IMG/VR virus record: IMGVR_UViG_3300029911_001830
Length of the DNA stretch: 24,304 nt
Strand: one strand, 5' to 3'
Origin: a virus
The notes below the pieces were generated by a model, which was not told the DNA's origin, searched no databases, and worked only from the letters and a program-made list of their open reading frames with translations. Of the stretch, positions 19,284 to 24,304 are shown piece by piece. Position 1 is the stretch's first letter, and each line of letters opens with the position of its first letter. Position numbers and translations under genes: made by a program.

Positions 19284-19311
19284 TTGACCTGCGCCGGACC
19301 ATTGGTATAAC
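19284..19311 (+). promoter_or_regulatory. sigma70-like promoter candidate (TTGACC, 16 nt, TATAAC) followed by an AT-rich leader-like stretch
   Basis: TTGACC at 19284-19289 and TATAAC at 19306-19311. The AT-rich CTCTTTGATATTAAAACCTGT (19319-19339) follows and leads directly into the first degenerate repeat unit at 19341. It would transcribe the mini-array in the orientation in which the units end ...GGCTACGAAAAC. Confidence 0.3.
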
Positions 19312-19340
19312 AGCGCCTGCTCTTTGATATTAAAACCTGT

Positions 19341-19800
19341 ATGGCTATGAAAAGCAGCAGGCGCAGCCTTGGGATAATGAATCAGTCATCCTCGATCGGG
19401 ATGGCTACGAAAAGACGCATTCGCATTTAGGTGGCTACGAAAACGCCGACAGCTACAAAAATCTGCTGAGCCGTCACCCCGTTGGTATCCGGGATGCAGT
19501 CATTCCTGTTCGAATGGCTACGAAAACTGGCTTGCGTAGCGGCTACACGGGCTGATGGGATGCAGCCACTCCTGTGGCTACGAAAAGGAAGGGGAGTTGC
19601 CTACGACCATTCCGGGAAGTATTTGCACGGCATGATAGCAAAGGCGCTATTACAGTCATCCATCTTGTTTGGCTGGCTACGGAAACGGAAGACCTCAAAT
19701 GGGGGACGATCGGATGCAGCCATCCGATGGATGGCTACTAAAATCATGAGAGTCCGCGCACGACGAAGCTCCAGTCACCCGGTATGGTGGATGGCTACGA
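19341..19800 (+). repeat. degenerate CRISPR-like mini-array in plus orientation, about 10 decayed units
   Basis: Units such as GGATGCAGTCATTCCTGTTCGAATGGCTACGAAAAC, GATGCAGCCACTCCTGTGGCTACGAAAAG, GATGCAGCCATCCGATGGATGGCTACTAAAAT and CAGTCACCCGGTATGGTGGATGGCTACGACAAAC match the reverse complement of the downstream CRISPR repeat (GGTGCAGTCACCCTATCGTTGGGTGGCTACGAAAAC). Spacing is irregular at 30-70 nt. Confidence 0.55.
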
Positions 19801-19841
19801 CAAACTTTAACATCTTGTGCCGCCAAAGACTAAATACTTGC

Positions 19842-20096
19842 ATGACCCTGCGAGAACTTTTGCAAATCACCGAGCGAAAACATTCATTGCACTATCACGC
19901 GCGACTCAATCCGGAGAACATGTGGTTCGACATCGTGGACATGAACGATCACGTGGTGGCGATCGATGTGTCGCCCAATCCCAAGCGGGCGCGAGAGATT
20001 GCGGCGACCTTCTATCCAGGGCAGATCATCGAGAGCGCCCGCCAGTCCCAAAGGAATCGTAGTTCTCGTAGCCATCAAGAGGATGACTGTTCATAG
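19842..20096 (+). CDS. small hypothetical protein (84 aa) between the two inverted repeat blocks
   Basis: ATG at 19842 gives MTLRELLQITERKHSLHYHARLNPENMWFDIVDMNDHVVAIDVSPNPKRAREIAATFYPGQIIESARQSQ... This is the only protein-like part of the 204-aa track ORF 19482..20096, whose 5' part is a read-through of the repeats. No clear RBS. The 3' end runs into a repeat-like TCTCGTAGCC...GGATGACTG element. Confidence 0.3.
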   Translation: MTLRELLQITERKHSLHYHARLNPENMWFDIVDMNDHVVAIDVSPNPKRAREIAATFYPGQIIESARQSQRNRSSRSHQEDDCS

Positions 20097-20125
20097 CCGG
20101 GGATCGACGCCTGGGGACGTCCGCT

Positions 20126-20340
20126 CTTTTCGTAGCCTTTTCGTAGCCGCCACAATGTGTGACTGGCGTTGACGCCAAGGCCAAGGCCGACCTAGAGCTT
20201 TTACCGTAGCCTTTTCGTAGCCGCCATCCTCAGCATAACCTTTTCGTAGCCGCCTCTGACTGACTGAATCGTAGCTATTTGTCCCTCAGCATAACCTTTT
20301 CGTAGCCATTTCGGGTGACACCTACTGTTTTCGTCGCCCT
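20126..20340. repeat. degenerate CRISPR-like repeat block in the opposite orientation to 19341-19800
   Basis: Repeated TTTTCGTAGCC(G/A)CC units include a tandem pair CTTTTCGTAGCCTTTTCGTAGCC (20125-20147) and two identical 24-mers CCTCAGCATAACCTTTTCGTAGCC at 20228-20251 and 20284-20307. It ends with GGGTGACACC...GTTTTCGTCGCCC. Confidence 0.5.
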
Positions 20341-20516
20341 TCGTGATCGTCCTGTGATCGATTCTCGTGACCGTGCGCAGCCTCGGTTGCGATCATGGCC
20401 TGCAACTCGTGTCAGATCGCACACCAGAGTGTATGCTGGCGATCGGGTTGGGTCAACCGTTTGGTTTGATCGAACTTCATGTTAAATAATGAAAACACTG
20501 AGGATGCCAACAAACG

Positions 20517-21275
20517 ATGAGTATTCGCGCCTGGATGCGGCTGGTGGAGGCGATCATGTCCCCCGCAGCCCCACCGCCCGTCACCGAGACGGCCGCCTTC
20601 CAGCAGTGGTTTGCGGGCAGTAAGGTGGTCGATAAGGCGGGGAAGCCGCTCCGCTGCTATCACGGCACCCAATCGGACTTTCATACGTTTTCCAATGAGG
20701 ATGCGCCGGGGCGGGGCGGTCTGTTGGCGTTCTTTTCGGTGAAGCCGCAATTTGCCAGTTCCTATGCCTCGGACGAGCGCTCGCCTGAGGTGCGGGCGGG
20801 CGCCCAGGTGATGCCGGTCTATCTGCGCATCGTCAATCCATTCGATTACCGCAAAGATTATCACATGGCCGGGAGTTTCTATGATGAGACCGGCGGCATC
20901 CAGGATCGTTTTGAGAGCAACCGCATCCTCATGGGCCTCGGTTGGAAGATCGATAACATTGACGATGTCTCGACGCCGCTGCTGACGGAAAAGCAGTTTA
21001 CCAGGGCACTCCGCAAGGGCAGTTGGGATGCCTTGGAGGCGCCGGACTTCGTGGAGTATATCCATGATGCTGGTTATGACGGGATCGTGTTGATGGAAAA
21101 CCGCAGCCTCAACTTCGCCATCTTCGAGGCTAATCAGGTTAAGAGCGCGATTGGCAATCGGGGGACCTTCGATCCCGAGTCCGATCACATTGGTGAATCC
21201 GCACCGGCGCGCGATACCGGGTGGCGGGCGTTTCACCGTATTTCACGGCTCGGCCGCAAACACCCTGAGGTCTAG
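20517..21275 (+). CDS. hypothetical protein, possibly ADP-ribosyltransferase-fold (YHGT motif)
   Basis: 252 aa, GAGGA 13 nt upstream, ordinary composition. LRCYHGTQSDFHTF (YHGT at 20658-20669) resembles the H-G-S/T NAD-binding motif of H-Y-E-class ARTs (PARP, Tpt1/KptA). Possible Tyr and Glu follow in FASSYA and NFAIFEANQV. The opposite-strand ORF 20412..21236 is Arg-rich and antisense-like. Confidence 0.6.
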   Translation: MSIRAWMRLVEAIMSPAAPPPVTETAAFQQWFAGSKVVDKAGKPLRCYHGTQSDFHTFSNEDAPGRGGLLAFFSVKPQFASSYASDERSPEVRAGAQVMPVYLRIVNPFDYRKDYHMAGSFYDETGGIQDRFESNRILMGLGWKIDNIDDVSTPLLTEKQFTRALRKGSWDALEAPDFVEYIHDAGYDGIVLMENRSLNFAIFEANQVKSAIGNRGTFDPESDHIGESAPARDTGWRAFHRISRLGRKHPEV

Positions 21276-21526
21276 TATTTTAGGGAAAACGTGCCATTGC
21301 CGTGATCGATTAGCTGGTCGGTGCGATGCAAGGAGAACGTGCCGTCGCAATGATCCAGAAGCTGGATGTCGCCGGTTTCGAGGTAATACACCACCGAGTC
21401 GTGCGCCTGTTCGCGCGTGACGCCAGCAGGGATTTTATCGTAGTCGAGACAGCTTTCGATGATCGCATCGAGGCATTTGCGAGCGCCTTCGGGAAGTTCT
21501 TTGTACGGGACTGTAGGTTTTGTCAT
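21272..21526 (-). CDS. small hypothetical protein, convergent with the ART-like gene. Its start is uncertain (ATG 21526; alternatives ATG 21619, TTG 21655)
   Basis: Encodes MTKPTVPYKELPEGARKCLDAIIESCLDYDKIPAGVTREQAHDSVVYYLETGDIQLLDHCDGTFSLHRTDQLIDHGNGTFSLKY with an internal duplicated motif DH-x-(D/N)GTFSL. Its stop (CTA, 21272-21274) overlaps the plus-strand TAG (21273-21275) of the ART-like gene within CTAG. The opposite-strand ORF 21326..21751 looks non-coding. Confidence 0.45.
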   Translation of the reverse strand: MTKPTVPYKELPEGARKCLDAIIESCLDYDKIPAGVTREQAHDSVVYYLETGDIQLLDHCDGTFSLHRTDQLIDHGNGTFSLKY

Positions 21527-21582
21527 GCCGGTGTGGATAGCATTGCCCGACCCCTGGTGTCCAGATGGAGTATCTGTCTTGC

Positions 21583-21909
21583 TCAAGATAGTATCCGCAA
21601 TAACAGCAGGACGAACCATGTGATGCCCAAAGCTGATACGAACATGTTCAGCCAAAACGCCACCCGCATCAGCCAGTGGAATCTCTGGTTGAAACTGCGT
21701 GACGTCTCGATGATATCATGCATGAGTTCAATGCGATCGCGGATGGCGTGATCAAAGGCCATCAACACGATCAAGTGGTGCAGGTCTTGCAGCACGATCT
21801 CGATCGCAAGGGTCATGGCCAGAAACGGCGATGCGCCGCCTTGTTGCAGTTCGGCGAATAGCGCTGCAATCACGGGACGCACATCGGGTTCGGGCTGTTG
21901 CATCACCAT
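21583..21909 (-). CDS. small hypothetical protein with a hydrophobic C-terminal helix
   Basis: MVMQQPEPDVRPVIAALFAELQQGG...FWLNMFVSALGITWFVLLLLRILS. A strong GGAGGG RBS lies 9 nt upstream of the ATG (minus strand). It is the first gene of a two-gene minus-strand unit that reads toward the ART-like gene. Confidence 0.55.
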   Translation of the reverse strand: MVMQQPEPDVRPVIAALFAELQQGGASPFLAMTLAIEIVLQDLHHLIVLMAFDHAIRDRIELMHDIIETSRSFNQRFHWLMRVAFWLNMFVSALGITWFVLLLLRILS

Positions 21910-21995
21910 GGTCTACAACCCTCCAATACGAATTGGAAGCGTCGGATTTGCGCTTTTCGATCGCGTGGTTGTTGTTGGCTATATTTGCAGATGTC

Positions 21996-22029
21996 ACCTC
22001 AAGCGGCCTTGGCTGCGTCCGCTTGAGGT
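21996..22029. other. perfect inverted repeat (11-bp stem ACCTCAAGCGG/CCGCTTGAGGT, 12-nt loop)
   Basis: Read directly from the sequence. It lies between the start of the minus-strand gene at 21909 and the first degenerate repeat unit at 22046. A loosely T-rich tract (TGCGATCGTGCTGTTTGTTTT) follows on the plus strand. It is not a textbook intrinsic terminator on either strand. Confidence 0.25.
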
Positions 22030-22045
22030 TGCGATCGTGCTGTTT

Positions 22046-23768
22046 GTTTTCGTAGCCGCCCAAGGGTGACTGAAACCAGCTTGCCGGTCCTCTTGCTGTC
22101 GGTCTTGTGGTCGTATCCATTTCCATTTTCATAGCCATGCCAACGGGATGACTGCACTTCTGTGTAGTTACTCGTGAGTGACGATTCTGTTTTCGTAGCC
22201 ATCCCATGGCTCTTGAAAGGACGTCCGCAGTCGTGCCCTTGTCGTAGCCGCCGGATGGTAGGGTGAGTGAGCCGATGATGCCCGTCTGGCCGTGATGTAC
22301 GGGGTTGTCGTAGCCATCCTAGCCACCCAACGATAGGGTGACTGCGCCTCCTGCGCTCAGCCCTCGGATACATTTTTCGTAGCCACCCGAAGGGTGACTG
22401 AAACTGAGGCATTCGGGGTTCGCAAGGCTCACACGTTTTTCGTAGCCTTTTCGTAGCTTTTTGTAGCCTTCAATCCCCGCCCATTTCTGTATGTTGTCGT
22501 AGCCACTCTCTCTCATAGCCGACGAACGACATAGCGCGATCGTCGCTCTCATACAATGCATCAAATAAGCTCTCGCGCCGTGCACTCTCATTTTCGTAGC
22601 CACATGGCCGGGTGACTGAACCGCCATGCATTCGCCATGCAAGTTTTTCGTAGCCACCCAGGTATACCCCCAACGGGCGCCAGTTGAATTTTTCGTAGCC
22701 ACCGAAACATCGGGTGACTGGAACTCAGCGGCTAGCTCGCCGACCTGGGATTGATATTTTCGTAGCCACCCACTTTCCATAGCTACCCAAAAAAGGTGAC
22801 TTTAAACCCGCCCGCCACACAAGATTTTCGTAGCCACCCAAGAGTGACTGAACCCGAACCCAACTGGATCAGTGGTCTTTTAGTAGCCCACGCAAATTTT
22901 CGTAGCCGCCCGAATGCCGGACCGTACCCATGCCACCCTGTGTGTTGTTGTAGCGACCCACCAATCATCGATTTCCGTTTTCGTAGCCGTCCCGAGTGGG
23001 GTGACTGAATCTCGGAGCCACCAAGCCAGACGCAACATTCTTTTTGTAGCCGTCCGAGTGGCGGAGCGACTGAAGCCTTGGCCAGCATGTCGATCATCAG
23101 CTTCTGTTTTCTGTAGCCACTCGATGTAGACTGTCGAGGGCTGTCGGGCAAGTAGTTTTGTAACACCAAAGGTTGTAGGGTCTCCGAAACGCGTGTTTTC
23201 GTAGCCATCCAAAGGCGCTGTTCCACCTCAGGCATGGGTGTTTTCGTAGCCATCCAGCCATCCAAAGACAGGATGACTGAGCCAATCCGTCACATTTTTC
23301 GTAGCCCCTGCGAGGGCTGTCGGAGCGGTGTTTTCGTAGCCTCGAACGCAACAAGTCGTTGCCATTTCTTGTCGTAGCCGTCCAAAAGGCAGGATGACTG
23401 TGGGGGAGTGGTCTGCACGGCGAATTCAGCGATGTTTTCGTAGCCACCCAACGGCACGGCATGACCGAAGCTCCGATCGAAACTTTTTTCGTAGCCATAG
23501 GGTGACTGAATCGTCCCGAACTAAATCGGTTTTTGGAGCGGCCTACGCCGACGGCACGATCCGATGGCAGTTCTCGTAGCCTTTTTTCGTAGCTATAGGG
23601 TGACTGATCGTAGCGGCCGGGCAGCGACTCCAAAGTTTTCGTAGCCACCCAAGGCTGGGAAACCGGCTGAGCCCTTTTCTTTTTGTAGCCGCGTCCGGCG
23701 ACTGAGGCTGAATAAAAACTGCCGCTCCATCGCTGCACCAGCAGGTGTTGCGGCCTGCACAGGCTTTC
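22046..23768. repeat. extended zone of decayed CRISPR repeat units, many of a shorter variant GTTTTCGTAGCCACCCAAGGGTGACTGAAAC
   Basis: About 30 units beginning (G)TTTTCGTAGCC at irregular 45-100-nt spacing. Examples are 22046, 22374, 22590, 22690, 22825, 22976, 23488 and 23569, which end GGGTGACTGAA(A/C)C and lack the CGATA segment. Units at 22128 and 22303 are closer to the intact repeat. There are tandem partial copies at 22436-22468. A 13-mer CGAGGGCTGTCGG recurs in two different inter-repeat segments (about 23130 and 23306). Confidence 0.7.
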
Positions 23769-24304
23769 GTTTTCGTAGCCACCCAACGATAGGGTGACTG
23801 CACCCAGGATGATGGTGGCGTACTGGCCAAAGGTGTTTTCGTAGCCACCCAACGACGGGGTGACTGCACCGACCTGCTCTTGGCAGGTTATCGCAATTTT
23901 TCGTAGCCACCCAACGATAGGGTGACTGCACCCGCGCTCACCCGGATCGTCGATGGCTTTTTGTTTTCCGTAGCCACTTCCTCAATCCAGTTTTCGTAGC
24001 CACCCAACGATAGGGTGACTGCACCGAGATCGAGGTGAAGTGGTTGCCTGTCTGTTTTCGTAGCCACCCAACGATAGGGTGACTGCACCCAAAACCAATG
24101 CTGAGGATAATCCGTCCCAGTTTTCGTAGCCACCCAACGATAGGGTGACTGCACCCATCCTGTCCAGCGGCGCTTGAACGCGCCAGTTTTCGTAGCCACC
24201 CAACGATAGGAATACAACGCTCAGTTCGTCAGTTTTCGTAGCCACCCAACGATAGGGTGACTGCACCACCGGCACTCCAGGAGAACGAACAGTACTAGTT
24301 TTCG
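23769..24304. CRISPR. CRISPR array with 36-nt repeat GTTTTCGTAGCCACCCAACGATAGGGTGACTGCACC. It continues past the window end
   Basis: Repeats at 23769-23804, 23835-23870, 23897-23932 (begins TTTTTC), 23990-24025, 24054-24089, 24120-24155, 24186-24210 (truncated to 25 nt), 24232-24267 and 24298-24304 (cut by the window end). A degenerate copy lies at 23963-23989. Spacers are unique and 26-30 nt long. The reverse complement ends ...GGCTACGAAAAC, like typical repeat 3' handles. The conserved end is at high coordinates, so the leader is probably beyond 24304 and transcription probably runs on the minus strand. Confidence 0.9.

Noticed and set aside
19314-19364. 9-bp inverted repeat GCGCCTGCT / AGCAGGCGC around the leader-like AT-rich stretch
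   Set aside because: The loop is 33 nt. This is unlikely to be a stable terminator and is probably coincidental.
19482-20096. 204-aa plus-strand ORF
   Set aside because: Its 5' two-thirds is read-through translation of the degenerate repeat units (recurrent W-L-R-K and GYEN-like peptides). Only the 3' 84 codons, from the ATG at 19842, were kept as a low-confidence CDS.
20412-21236. 274-aa minus-strand ORF
   Set aside because: Arg-rich shadow frame of the better-supported plus-strand 20517..21275 gene.
24090-24119. 11-nt match between spacer 5 (ATGCTGAGGAT) and the repeat-flank sequence at 20226-20236 (reverse strand)
   Set aside because: An 11-mer match is expected by chance at this search size, so it is not evidence of self-targeting.
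21999-24275. Series of minus-strand ORFs (21999..22412, 22319..22780, 22783..23265, 23097..23852, 23543..23931, 23888..24217, 23982..24275)
   Set aside because: They are translations of the CRISPR repeats, with the recurrent peptides WVATKT, GGYEN and VTLSLGGYEN. They are not genes.

Overview
High-GC bacterial window in three parts. (1) 1-617: the 5' end of a minus-strand gene and a divergent intergenic region. (2) 617-19279: one long plus-strand gene string. It begins with a HEXXH-motif protein and a clear T4 gp25/GPW-like baseplate wedge protein. Next come a translationally coupled 1128-aa protein (baseplate-J-like by position only) and a 3549-aa giant fibrous protein (TAAATG junction). Then a possible 65-aa ORF, a tail-anchored coiled-coil membrane protein, and an 829-aa homolog of the eukaryotic major vault protein (MVP). 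No sheath or tube genes are visible, and the upstream neighbour is divergent, so the cluster is a baseplate/fibre module physically coupled to a vault-shell gene. (3) 19280-24304: a CRISPR-derived landscape. A sigma70-like promoter is followed by a degenerate mini-array in plus orientation, a small ORF, and an inverted degenerate repeat block. Three genes then follow: an ART-like protein with a YHGT motif, convergent with two small minus-strand genes. A 1.7-kb zone of decayed repeat units of a shorter variant comes next. The window ends in a regular CRISPR array of 36-nt repeats with 26-30-nt unique spacers that runs off the window. No cas genes lie inside the window. All functional calls come from hand inspection of motifs and synteny; no database search was possible.
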